Made by a program: the position numbers and the translations under genes
Shown: piece after piece, positions 51,333-63,373 of the stretch
How positions within the stretch are numbered: position 1 is the stretch's first letter
How the letters are laid out: each line of letters begins with the position of its first letter
DNA from: Somniosus microcephalus
Taxonomy: Eukaryota
Reading direction: 5' to 3'
Assembly (NCBI GenBank): GCA_052327205.1
Contig: CM126233.1
Span: forward strand, 36,890,001-36,954,000
Length of the DNA stretch: 64,000 bases
The notes under the pieces: model-generated
Databases searched by the model: none
Told to the model about the DNA's origin: nothing
The model's input: only the letters and a program-made list of their open reading frames with translations

Positions 51333-51728
51333 GTAACTATTGTACAGAACTGGGTTTGTCCCCTGATTTGTCTACCCTAGATTTGGATGAGATGCATGGC
51401 CAGCCACAAATACAGTCACTGTTATCTTGTATTTAGCATTAAAGGACTGATGTTCAGGTTAGAGTTGCTGGAAAGCAATCATTCACCTCACACCCCCTCC
51501 CCAACTCGGGTGCTGAGGTCATTGTAGCATCTCTGCAACCTCAGCTGTGGCAGCACATTCAACACAAACTTTGGATTGAACATGAAACCTTCTAGCCTGA
51601 ATGGGTGGTACATTTATCCACCGAGTCATTAGATCACGTTATTGATCTTTCAGTGAATCAGAACAATTCACATAGATAGATTGCAGTTCCTTAAATGCTC
51701 AGAATTGAATTCCTACCTTTCATTTCAG

Positions 51729-53459
51729 GTTTCAGGCATTGAGAAAGCAGAAACTCAAACAACTGGATGGTGAAGAAAAAGGGACCTTGAACAAACACAT
51801 CCTGGATGAAAACCTTCCTGAAATCACCAGGACTGATCTAAACAAATTAGAAGATGAACTAAATGAGAGCCACACTTCAAAGGAAAATGACAGTCAGCAT
51901 ATCCATCCTGAATGTAACAATACCTCTGTAGATTTGCAGGGTGGAATTTCTGACTTTGCCAATAGTGCGAGTGCACTGCAGGGTGTGATGGTGAGGGAAA
52001 GACCAAAGTCCCTCTCTGGAGACCCTGACAAACAGAAAGTGGTGCGTGCCAAGAGACACAGTCGGAGAATGCGAGAATTGGAGCAGGCCATATTCAGCCT
52101 TGAACTGTTGAAGGTGCGATCAGGAGGAGTGTCTCCCTCCGAGGAAGGGCGCTGGTCTGCTGAGCTGGTATCTGATAGTGTGAACTCCTTGTCTCCTCAG
52201 GGAACACCAGACAGCGAGAGCTCAAGGGGTAGTTTTGAGGTACCCAGCTGTGATGACGGACAGAAGCGAAAACAGTCTTTAACTGTTTCTGATGAACTAG
52301 TCTCTGATTCCAGCCTACATACTGCTCAGGATAATCTTTCAACAAGTCCCAAGCTAAATGATCATAGTCTGTCCACTAGCCTGAAACTTAATGAGAAGAA
52401 CCTGTCTTCCAGTCCTTCTCATACAAACACTAATTACTGTAGTCTTATTTCCACAAGTCCGGGACCAGCCAATAATGAGTCCAATTTTCAGAGATCAAAT
52501 TCTGAAGATCGATCTCCTAGTCCTAGACCAATAGACAGTCTGTCTTCTAGTCCTAAACCGGATTGCAGTCTCTCTAGCCTCATGCCAAATCATGACTGTC
52601 TGTCCAGTAGCTCTAAGCCAAATGACACTATCATTGTAAGCTCTGATCACGATACAATTGAAGACACTATTGCTGGACCCAAAACAGACAGAGCAGAAGC
52701 TGACAAAGCCTCGCTAAATCAGCCACTCGATGGTGAATTTTCTCAAAATGAACTACCTAGCTTAGTGGACGATGCAGGCACAGATCCGTTCCCTCGTACT
52801 GCAATTCTGGAAAAACTTGAACAATTAAATGTCCAGCAGGCAGAGAGACAGAAGCAGAAACGGCAGCAGAACGAGAGGGAGATGATGGAACAGATAAGGC
52901 AGCAGACGGGAATCCTGGAGAAACAACGCAAAGTCTTTGAGAAGCAAGAGAAGGACATGTTTGAGAGGCAGCGAGGGGAGGCACTGCAAAAGATCGAGCA
53001 GAGCAGACAGAATGATTCCCCTCCGGTTCCTTTCAGATTGCCAAACAAGCAAGCAGACAGGCCTCAGTCTTATCTTGTCTTGCACCCAGACAGAAAATGG
53101 GATCCAAGTATCAATTCAGATTCTCTTTCAATATCAAACATTGAGTCTAAAATGTTGAGCACTCCAGAATCTTCTGAAAATGACTATACGTCAAGTCGCC
53201 CTGGAGTGAAAGATAGACCTATCAGCATGTTTTTTGAAAAGAAGGAGCTGCAACCAAGTGGCCAACAGGAAATCAATAAGCTGGATGGCTGGACTCCTAA
53301 ACTCAGCTTGGAGTCCCGTGACCCTGTCCCTGGTACAGAGCGACCACGACAGGCTAAACCTCAGAAAGGAACTGCAAGCACAAGAGAAGATTCCACAGAT
53401 GGCACTGTCAAGGACAGGGCCAGTGTCTTGTTCTTTTTGCCCAAAGACAAACTAAGCAA
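51729..53459 (+). CDS. MYO9A: Myosin IXa large tail exon (1731 nt; coiled-coil and Ser-rich disordered segments)
   Basis: tttcag| and |gtaagt; phase 2 to 2; ORF 51739..53463. Conserved blocks RAKRxSRRMRELEQAIFSLELLKVRS, GTPDSESS, NEREMMEQIRQQT and KDRPISMFFE. Confidence 0.96.
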
Positions 53460-54827
53460 GTAAGTTGTTTTCCTTGACTATTCAGGAGTCCAAGTTAACA
53501 GCCGAGCAATGGTGTCGGTGTATTAATACACAGCGCCACTGAAATGATAGGGCACCGATTTGTCACCAATGATTAATTGAGTGTTTGGCTGTGCGGCAAA
53601 GCTTCCCCAGAGAGCGATGAAGAAACTCGCTTTGGAGCAGGCCATCTGTTGATCGAGAGCTGGTGTGGAATGGGGTGAACCTACAAATGCAGGAAAAATA
53701 ATTTACAAATGGTTCAGGACCGAGTACTGTACAAAATCCAGGCGTTCTTTAAAGGCATTGGAGGTCTCGCATCCAGGTTGATTGTGTTCTTTTTACAACA
53801 TTGAAAAACTTGGGTGAAAGGCCTAGGCCCATAGTGCAGGACAACACCAAGGTTGAAAATGGGAGGGAAGATTAAATAACTCCGTGACACCAAGTTTGGG
53901 TTTTTGAAGCCTGTAGGTTGTGGAAGGCAGGTAAGGAGTTCAACAATTTTGAGGTCCTGGGAAAAATGCATCGACGTAAGATAGAATGCGACGAGTCCCG
54001 GTCCCACCACATCGAGGATGCAGCATGGAATCTGCATGGCATTAATTAAATATTATGGCTTCAAAAGAGTTTTCAAGTAATTTTATATTCAGACTTGATG
54101 GTAGAGAACAAGTGTGTTGCAGCCCCTTTACATCTTCCTTATTTTTTATACTTGCATTTGTTGGTCTGTATCTGAACAATTTGTTTTGGAATATTTTGGT
54201 AGATTTCTTTTCTGGATTTGTGTTTGCATTTATCAGAGTGTAAAGTATTTTCAGATATGCAAAAAGAAAAGTGAGGAAAGGCCATCAGGCCCACACATGC
54301 TGATCCTCTCCATTCGACGGTGCAGCCTTGTGCACCATCCTCCCCAACCACGAGTAAAGCTACTTTCTGGGGTAGCAAAAACAATGGGCTAATTTCAGGA
54401 AAAACTCTGGGAGCTTCCCCCCTGACTCCCTAACGCAACCAAGCAATTTTCAGGCCATTATTACCCATCGCACGTCGCTACGGTGTAACTATTTGTGTTC
54501 GTGTGACACTATATGTGTGACGCTGTGTCCATGTGACACTTTGTCCAAAATGGCATTTAATAAAGATGGAACTAATGTAAATTTAACTCCATGTAGGTCA
54601 AGTAATTAAATCTGTTAACTACCGAAATGATAACCCGCCATTTATAACATTAATTAAAGCTTGAAATCGATGTCTTGGGCAGTCTGTTGGACGTGAGCCC
54701 ACAACATTTCTGCTAATTTGTCAATAAATTTTCAGTCTCAGTCAGTAAAGATACAAGATAGTTATCGTGAGAAATGGGAAAATGGTGAGCGTAGGTTGCT
54801 CTTCTGATGGTGGGACTTGGGCACATT

Positions 54828-56320
54828 GGGACAGTGTAGAAGGAGTTTTGCATCTAACTGTTCTCTACCTGACCTGAGGGTGTTTGATGGTGCAGTGTGG
54901 AGGGAGCTTTACTCTCTAACCCGTGCTGTACCTGCACTGGGAGTGTTTGATGGGACAGTGTAGAGGGAGCTTTACTCTGTATCTAACCCGTGGTGTACCT
55001 GCCCTGGGAGTGTTTGATGGGACAGTGTAGAGGGAGCTTTACTCTGTATCTAACCCGTGCTGTACCTGCCCTGGGAGTGTTTGATGGGACAGTGTAGAGG
55101 GAGCTTTACTCTGTATCTAACCCGTGGTGTACCTGCCCTGGGAGTGTTTGATGGGACAGTGTAGAGGGAGCTTTACTCTGTATCTAACCCGTGCTGTACC
55201 TGCCCTGGGAGTGTTTGATGGGACAGTGTGGAGGGAGCTTTACTCTGTATCTAACCCGTGCTGTACCTGCCCTGGGAGTGTTTGATGGGACAGTGTAGAG
55301 GGAGCTTTACTCTGTATCTAACCCGTGCTGTACCTGCCCTGGGAGTGTTTGATGGGACAGTGTAGAGGGAGCTTTACTCTGTATCTAACCCGTGCTGTAC
55401 CTGCCCTGGGAGTGTTTGATGGGACAGTGTAGAGGGAGCTTTACTCTGTATCTAACCCGTGCTGTACCTGCCCTGGGAGTGTTTGATGGGACAGTGTAGA
55501 GGGAGCTTTACTCTGTATCTAACCCGTGCTGTACCTGCCCTGGGAGTGTTTGATGGGACAGTGTAGAGGGAGCTTTACTCTGTATCTAACCCGTGCTGTA
55601 CCTGCCCTGGGAGTGTTTGATGGGACAGTGTAGAGGGAGCTTTACTCTGTATCTAACCCGTGCTGTACCTGCCCTGGGAGTGTTTGATGGGGACAGTGTA
55701 GAGGGAGCTTTACTCTGTATCTAACCCATGGTGTACCTGCCCTGGGAGTGTTTGATGAGACAGTGTAGAGGGAGCTTTACTCTGTATCTAACCCGTGCTG
55801 TACCTGCCCTGGGAGTGTTTGATGGGGACAGTGTAGAGGGAGCTTTACTCTGTATCTAACCCGTGGTGTACCTGCCCTGGGAGTGTTTGATGAGACAGTG
55901 TAGAGGGAGCTTTACTCTGTATCTAACCCTTGCTGTACCTGCCCTGGGAGTGTTTGATGGGTCAGTGTAGAGGGAGCTTTACTCTGTATCTAACCCCATG
56001 CTGTACCTGCCCTGGGAGTGTTTGATGGGACAGTGTAGAGGGAGCTTTACTCTGTATCTAACCCCGTGCTGTACCTGCCCTGGGAGTGTTTGATGGGACA
56101 GTGTAGAGGGAGCTTTACTCTGTATCTAACCCGTGCTGTACCTGCCCTGGGAGTGTTTGATGGGACAGTGTAGAGGGAGCTTTACTCTGTATCTACCCCG
56201 TGCTGTACCTGCCCTGGGAGTGTTTGATGGGACAGTGTAGAGGGAGCTTTACTCTGTATCTAACCCGTGCTGTACCTGCCCTGGGAGTGTTTGATGGGAC
56301 AGTGTGGAGGGAGCTTTACT
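54828..56320. repeat. 67-bp minisatellite, about 22 copies
   Basis: Unit GGGACAGTGTAGAGGGAGCTTTACTCTGTATCTAACCCGTGCTGTACCTGCCCTGGGAGTGTTTGAT; period checked 54952 to 55019; no spacers. Confidence 0.98.
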
Positions 56321-56804
56321 TTGAACTATGCCCTCTTCTCCGCGCTCCCCCCCCCCCCCCCCCACATTCTGGTTTCTTGTGCACTTGTCTATCTGCCCTC
56401 CTTTCGCACTATACTATACCATACTGTACTTGACCTTGAAGTGCTTTACTTTGTGTCCAGCTTGCTCTGTATATGACCTGGGAATGTTTGATGCATCAGT
56501 GTAGAGATAGCTTTACTTTGCTGGGACGTGACGGTGCTTAATGCTGCCACTGTGTGCCTGAAATAGAAAGTGTGTCATTCCTCAGGGTGACGAGCATAAA
56601 ATTCACTTTTTAAATATAGATCCTTTTTAAACATATACTACCTGTATATGACTGCTTAATAGCCAATATTCTTATAAACAGAAGACAGTAAACAACAGAT
56701 GTTGTGTTACCACATTGAGTGGATTTTTATGCTTCCATGTTGGTTATCTGGTGCAATGTCGCACCTAGCAGGGAAAGGCGATAGTTACATGCACAGTCAG
56801 AGGC

Positions 56805-57145
56805 ACAGAATTGCAGTCCTATAGAATTACAGAGAAGGGGAGAGATGCCCGCAGCAGAAGTGTGGAGCTGCAGTCCTGCAGAATTAGAGAAAGGGAGAGA
56901 TGTGAGCAGGAGTGTGCGACTGGATTCTTGCAGAATTAGAGAAACTGATAGAGGCAGGGAGTGAATGTAAAGCTGGAGCCTAAACAGAAATGAAGAAAGA
57001 CAGAGAGAGAATGGAGTGGAACTGGAGTCTAACAGAATTAGAGGTACAGAAAGAGAGGAGGGGGTACGGAGTGGAATTGTGCAGAGTTAGGAAAACAGAG
57101 TGACACACAGGATGAGTGTGGAGCTGGAATCACAGAACTAGAACA
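56805..57145. repeat. Degenerate purine-rich tandem repeat (~50-57-bp unit, 6-7 copies)
   Basis: Recurring ggagct/ggaact...cagaattagag blocks. Confidence 0.7.
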
Positions 57146-57384
57146 GCGCTGATAGTGTCCAGCTCTCGATTTTAAAAAAAAATGAAAAAGCACTGTATCC
57201 GGAGTGTTTATCGTCATGTAGTCTGTTGATAGCTAATCAGAATTTTGAGACTACATAAAGTTTCAGAGGCTTTGCTTTATTCAAATTTAAACAGATTGCA
57301 TTTCTGAAATGGTACATTAAGGATTTTTGCCCTTTTGTGGTTCCCTGTTACCTCTTGCGAGTGGCAATTGTCAATATCATAGTA

Positions 57385-57710
57385 CAGGAAACTTTGGTTT
57401 ATCCGGAGGTTGTATGGCCGGAAACCTCGATCTAACGGCAGAAATCAGCAGCCATTTTGTTAGTTTTTTTTTCTTCTCCTAGCATTTCTTTTAAACAGTC
57501 AGTCTCTGGAAAGCCTCTCTGAAGCTGTTGCTAAGCTACAGAGACGCTTCCAAGGTATGGGCCGACTGTTTACAAGCTGTTGCTAAGCAACAGTGTTTGT
57601 TGTCAGATATGGAGATGAAAACCTCCGTATCCTTCAACATTAGCGCTGGACTGTCCGGAAGTTTTCATAGATCGGCATCACGCCGGTGCCAGATATCACG
57701 AAGTTTCCTG
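57385..57710. mobile_element. MITE family A copy 2
   Basis: TA|CAGGAAACTTTGG ... AAGTTTCCTG|TA; colinear with 11224-11555. Confidence 0.92.
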
Positions 57711-57727
57711 TACTACTTTCTAAGTAG

Positions 57728-58323
57728 TATGGACCATGTACAGCAGGCACCTCAAAGCACTGGAGAGGTACCACCAACGCTGCCTCCGCAAGATCCTGCA
57801 AATCCATTGGCAGGATAGGCGCACCAACTTCAGTGTTCTTGCTCAGGCCAACATCCCCAGCATCGAAGCTCTGACCACGCTCCATTAGCTCCGATGGACG
57901 GGTCACATTGCCCGCATGCCCCGATACGAGACTCCCAAAACAAGCGCTCTACTCGGAGCTCCGGCACGGCAAGAGAGCCCCAGGTGGGCAGAGGAAACGC
58001 TTCAAGGACACCCTCAAAGCCTCCTTGAAAAAGTGTAACATCCCCACCAACACCTGGGAATCCCTGGCCCAAGACCGCACAAAGTGGAGGAGAAGCTTCC
58101 GGGAAGGCGCCGAACACCTCGAGTCTCTTCGCCAGGAGCAAGCGGAAGCCAAGCGCAAACAGCGCAAGGAGCGCATGTCAACCCAAGCACCCCACCCACC
58201 CGCCGTCTGCCCCACCTGTGACAGAGACTGTAGGTCCTGCATTGGACTCATCAGTCACCTGCGAACTCATTTTTAATGTGGAAGCAAGTCATCCTCGGTT
58301 CCGAGGGACTGCCTAAGAAGAAG
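57728..58323 (+). mobile_element. RTE (BovB-like) LINE 3' fragment
   Basis: WTMYSRHLKALERYHQRCLRKIL, RLPKQALYSELRHGKRAPGGQRKRFKDTLK and C-terminal CxxC...H..H; (AAG)n tail; TSD actttctaa(g)tag at 57715-27 and 58324-35. Confidence 0.92.
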
Positions 58324-59032
58324 ACTTTCTAATAGCTCATTGATGTCGAAAGTGACTGAGAGAGAATGCTGGCAGTTTAATTATGGCAGGTAGGTTATCT
58401 TGTGGGCGGGTTGCAGTGCCAGGGATATTATGATGGTCCTGGACATTCAGGCTGTTCAGACCTCAACTAACAGAAAGCAGCCTGGTATATGCGCTATTAA
58501 CTAGAGACCATCCGTCCCCTGGTAATACTTTTCTTCAAAGTTTTGTGGCTTCTGAGCTGCTGACTCTCACTTTCACCTGCTTGTGGAAACAAATTTACAG
58601 GATTCAATATATGGCGTAAATTGTTAAGTGGAAGTTGTTGTAAGAGTACTGGTTAATGAACTCTTTACAGCACAGAGGAGGTAAGAGTGTAATTTAACAG
58701 CTATTTATCAAAACGAAGTGACCAGTGGTCAGAGGTACTTAACTCCATGTTCCCAATGCCTTTGTGGGCCTATATGAGCTGTTGGCTTAGCAGTTACTAG
58801 ACATGGGAGGACACCTTGTGAAGCAATTCTCAAGTGGAGGCGAGTGATACCCTGGAGTTACCTTTTCGAGTTAGTGAAACCTTGTTCTCCTATTTTCTCA
58901 GTTCCAAGGGTGCAGGCAGCCCTCTGATAGCATGTCTAAGTGGCCATTCTTCATGTGAGCCTCGATAGTGAGTGTTGGCAGGCTTTTCAACCGTGGCAGC
59001 ATCACAACCAAGCTTGATCATGTTCTTGTCCA

Positions 59033-59370
59033 ACGCATTTATACAGCACCTTTCACGACGTCAGGATGTCCCAAAGCGCTTCACAGCCAATGAAGTACTT
59101 CTGAAGTATAGTCACTGTTGTAATGCAGGGAACTGTGGCAGAAAGGTCCCACCACCGGCAAATGAAATACTGATATTGATGAGGGATAACTGTTGGCCAG
59201 GACAGCGGGAGAACTCCCCTGCTGTTCTTCGATTAGCGCCTTGGGATCTTTTACATCCACTTTACAGGACAGACGGGGCTTTGGTTTAACTTCCCTTCCG
59301 AAAGACGGCACCTCCGACAGTGCAGCACTCCCTCAGTGCCGCACTGAAATGCCACTCTAGATTATATGTT
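59033..59370 (-). mobile_element. DeuSINE nested in an older SINE (host pieces 58895-59030 and 59395-59600)
   Basis: Deu core gacggggctttggtttaa...gacggcacctccgacagtgcagcactccctcag; host family motifs resume on the far side. Confidence 0.8.
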
Positions 59371-59697
59371 CAATTTGATACACTGCTGAGCTTGATTCAC
59401 TGGATAGAGATCAGGAGCGGGAAACCTTGGCTCTTCTCCCTCTTCTCCTTCCCCCACCCCCGCAACCTAACCCGGGACGAGGAGAAGAATTGTCGTGCCA
59501 AAACTGCTGCTGCAGCTTAGACCTGACGCACACCAGGAATTGATTCTAGCTCTGTATGGGTCAGCATTACCGTGGTCAATGTATTTACCCACTAGGCCAT
59601 TGAAGAGTCCCAGTGGGCATAGTTATACCATTAAATCCTGGGAAATCTGCCATTGATGCAGTTGAATATTGCTCATTATTAATACTGCGTTTTACAG

Positions 59698-59803
59698 GTT
59701 TGATAAGGATTCTGTGAATCTGGAAAGGTCTCCTGCAATTTCCAAAGAAGAACAAGCTTTCAGAGAAAAGATGATGAAAACATCGCTGCTAAAAGTAACC
59801 GAT
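59698..59803 (+). CDS. MYO9A: Probable myosin IXa tail exon, (K)FDKDSVNLERSPAISKEEQAFREKMMKTSLLKVTD
   Basis: ttacag| and |gtaagc; 106 nt, open, phase 2 to 0 as required between 53459 and 60638. Only weak similarity to the recalled mammalian segment. Confidence 0.78.
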
Positions 59804-60637
59804 GTAAGCAATTTATTCCTATTTCCTTAGTAGTTTGTGAAGGAGGCCAGTGAGCAGAGCACGGGGGAGAAGTAGTTTCTAGAGGGAGCACGAGCCTGTG
59901 GTGAATGAGGTTTGTTTAAAGTAAATCTTGAACTGCATCCAGCTGTGGAACCTAACAAGACCACAACTTCAAACCAGAGTTTGCAATACGTAAGCAGGGT
60001 TTGCACTTTACAAAATGTTCATAAAAAACATAAAATGTCTCAATCTTGCAATTTTTTCTTAAATTTTTCACCCCCCCCCCCCCCCCCAACTCCTGAATAT
60101 GCAGACTGTTTCAGGTTACGATTCCACAGGTGTCAGCAGCCCTCCAGTATCTCGTCCAAGTGGTAGTTCTTCATGAGTAAGCCTGGGTGTTAGCAGTCTA
60201 TTTGACTATGGGGGCATCACATCTAAGCACGATCCTGCCCTCACCTGGCATCTACACGTGCACTTACCAACAGGAGCCACTGGATAATGATCAGGGGCAG
60301 GAACCCTCACTAATTCAGCAGAGACTGGGTACGGAGCTCGAAACCTTCTGGCCTGTACAGCTTAGTGCTACACCAGGGTGATGCCACAATCACAAGGATC
60401 TTAGTACATTGTTGTTAAATGTATAGAAAGCATTGACCTCTTGAAATTTTTACTGTCATGTTCTTCACACCTGTAAGCTGCTTTTCCTTTTTATCATTGC
60501 TTTGTTTTTTTATCCAGCTGTGCTTTTGTAGATGAGGATAGTTTTATTTTGGCTCAGGCCGATCCAACTTGTCGTTTGGGCTCTTTTTATTTAGTTACAT
60601 GTGTTTTGATTTTTTTGTGTGTTATTCGGTCAATTAG

Positions 60638-60850
60638 GTTGCAAGACCAGCGCACAAAAAGAAAGCCCGCATGGCGCGGACCCGCTCTGATTTCTTGACT
60701 AGAGGCTCTAACGCTGAAGGGGAGGGAGAGACTGAGGAAGAGGAGTATGATGACCCCTCCGTTGAGACCCCTCTCTCCCCCGACCAACCTAGGCCTGAGC
60801 TGAGACCCAACAACAGTGCCAGACAGGCCTGTTACAGTGACTCAGAAATG
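60638..60850 (+). CDS. MYO9A: Myosin IXa 71-codon tail exon, VARPAHKKKARMARTRSDFLTRG...YSDSEM
   Basis: aattag| and |gtaaat; 213 nt, phase 0 to 0. N-terminal part matches the recalled rat Myo9a (myr7) tail insert. Confidence 0.92.
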
Positions 60851-63373
60851 GTAAATAAAACATGGCCAATTGGGTGCAAGTCAAATCTGGAAGCATCTCT
60901 TTGCTAACCCTTAATGTGGGGTAGAAAGCAATACTGACATCTGGAACTGCTTAACCTCCCCTGCCTTTCAGATTTTAGAAGGGAACACTCTATACACAAG
61001 CACAGTACCTTTCTCTATAGATGTCTGTGTCCTTTTTGCAGTGTACTGCAGTAAGTTTTGCTGCTGTATACAGGGGCCATAGACAGATACCCTCCTTAGC
61101 CCACAAATGTTTTTCCAATTTGTTTCCTGTCTACAACATTAGTTGCATGGATTATTGACAATGGCAGCACTTAACCAGTTAAAGCATTGGTTACACTTTA
61201 ACAAACTACATACGGCATAACGTGCATTTCCCTGCTAGCCGCATTGTAACTATGGGGCAGGACTTTTTAATAATGAGCTGCAGACTTTCCTGCCTTTTCA
61301 TTGGCGATCACTGAATTCAGTAACCAAATGACCAGTGTTGAGCTGGTTTCTCTGCAGAATGCCTTGTGTTGCAGGGTCATTTTCTCAGCTTCTGTGCCAC
61401 CTCAGTAACTTGTGGTGTCACTCCCAACAATTCCAGTCACATTATTGCACATATATGTTCAGTATGTTCCGGTGACTTAAGAATCAATGCATTTTGTATT
61501 CAGTACATTTTACCAATTCGGCACTACAAGCCTGCATAAAAATATTTTTACACATTCCCTTTTCTACCCTTGTCTCCTGAAGGCATTCACTTTTTGCAGT
61601 ATAGTTCCATGGGTGGCACCAGCTAAAACAGTAACTCAGTATAGATCGGGGGCCTCTGATCTTACTGGAACATATGGTGAAGGTTGGAATGAGCTCAACT
61701 GCGATCACCCCCATTGGTTAAATATGGGTCAAAACTAGCTGTCTGGACTCGAACATGAAGAACAGAGTAAGGTACAGGAGTACTGCCACAACCCATGGAA
61801 CTTTACCCCAACAAGAGTTGGCACCTTCAGGAGATGGAGATAAGATAGGAAAATTGAAGACAATCCCCATTAAATTAAGAGTATATTGAGTAAGGTGCTT
61901 TTGAATGTGTTTGAGTGTTTCCTTGTAAAACAGCCGTATATTTGGGACTTAGACCACCACTGTCCTGCACTGGAAATCTCTGCTAAACTCTCGGAGATCT
62001 GGCCACACTGTTCCTGGACTGGGTATGGGCCATTCTGTTACTAAACCAATCTTCTTCACTAGCCCCTACTACTTCCCTGACTGCGTCGGCCATCACAGTA
62101 TTCACCTCCCACTTGTAGTGGACTCGATTTAGCAAATTACTGCATGCCACAGCTTAGCTAACTGCGCTGCTCGGTTTGTACTTGCACATCTGTTTTCCCC
62201 CTTTCACTTTTAACACCTGAAACTCGATCTATATTCTAACCGGTGGGTTTTATTAACAGCACAGCAGGTAGCTACCAGCTAAATGCCACTACCTCTTCTG
62301 TTTTTTTTTTCTTCACTGGCTTAATTTTGGTGTGTGCTTTACAAACTAGCCAAAAAGAGTGCTGGAAATTTTAGTTTTAACTTGTGAGTACATGTGAAGT
62401 GAAGTGTCGACTTTAGCTGTGTGCATGTCTGTTAACTGAATACTTTATAAAATATCTTGTGCGGATATTTTTCATCCTAGTTGCATTTTCAAGTTACAGC
62501 CCAAAGGTTATCAAGTGATTTCTCACCAAGTGTGTTGCAGTTGCACTAAGAATTATATTTTACGAGTCACCAGATTTGATCACAAAGATCTTGCACCGCC
62601 TGTGTCCGACCCCCAATACTGATGTTGTAGATAATCGTCCCAACTACACTGTTTGTTGTCTTGTATGGAGCAGTGAGGTTGGACAAACTGCAATGTTGGG
62701 GGCCGGCACAGATACTGACCAAGGATTCTTCCAGTCGACGTAAGATTTTTCACACGTTAAAAGATCGATCCTAGCTATGTACTCTATTCATTATTATGTG
62801 CTGCCTCAGAGTTCAACTTTAGTGGATTTCAGTTGCTCTGAAGCCAAAGTCTGACTTTCCATTTGAACAATTAGAATCTGATTTCCTTTCTCGGCAGCCG
62901 AATGCTAATATCCTGATGGCGGTGTAAAAGAGTCCGTGTTCGGGCCAGTCTTGAGCTGATCCTAATGAGACGGTGCCACCTACAGGCCTCTATAGGCACC
63001 AACTGTGTTCTTTCATTACGTCATGGTTAGCCCTTATACAGGGTGTCACTGCTACTGTTAGTCCTTTGTTCAGCCAGTGAGAGTTCTCAATCTGTGGTAT
63101 GGTTTATATAAATGGGATGAGGAATTAGATGCCTGTCGAGGAAGACTTTTAACAAATATTTAAATTTTCAGTCTTTTTTAAGTTAAAGTGTTAAGACTTA
63201 ATTTCACTCCAGTCAAGACTGTGTTCTGAGCCTTATAGTAAGCATCTGCTCCTGGGAGTGATGAAGAGATTAATCTCAGCAGAACGCGCAGTACTGAGCA
63301 ATAAGGTGCGTGCAGGCTATTTGACTTGGGATCAGTATACACACATGCACACGCTCTCTTAATTTCCAGGAAG

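Noticed and set aside
51739-53463. Stand-alone 574-aa gene
   Set aside because: TTG start, bounded by splice sites in phase with flanking exons; it is an internal MYO9A exon.
54736-54784. Candidate tail exon (ttttcag|...|gtgagc)
   Set aside because: All three nearby acceptors give a stop in the required phase-2 frame; 59698-59803 fits instead.
54828-56320. CRISPR array
   Set aside because: Head-to-tail identical units with no unique spacers, no cas genes, and eukaryotic intron context.
7902-60850. MYO9B rather than MYO9A
   Set aside because: Six IQ motifs and the loop-2 and tail sequences match recalled MYO9A.
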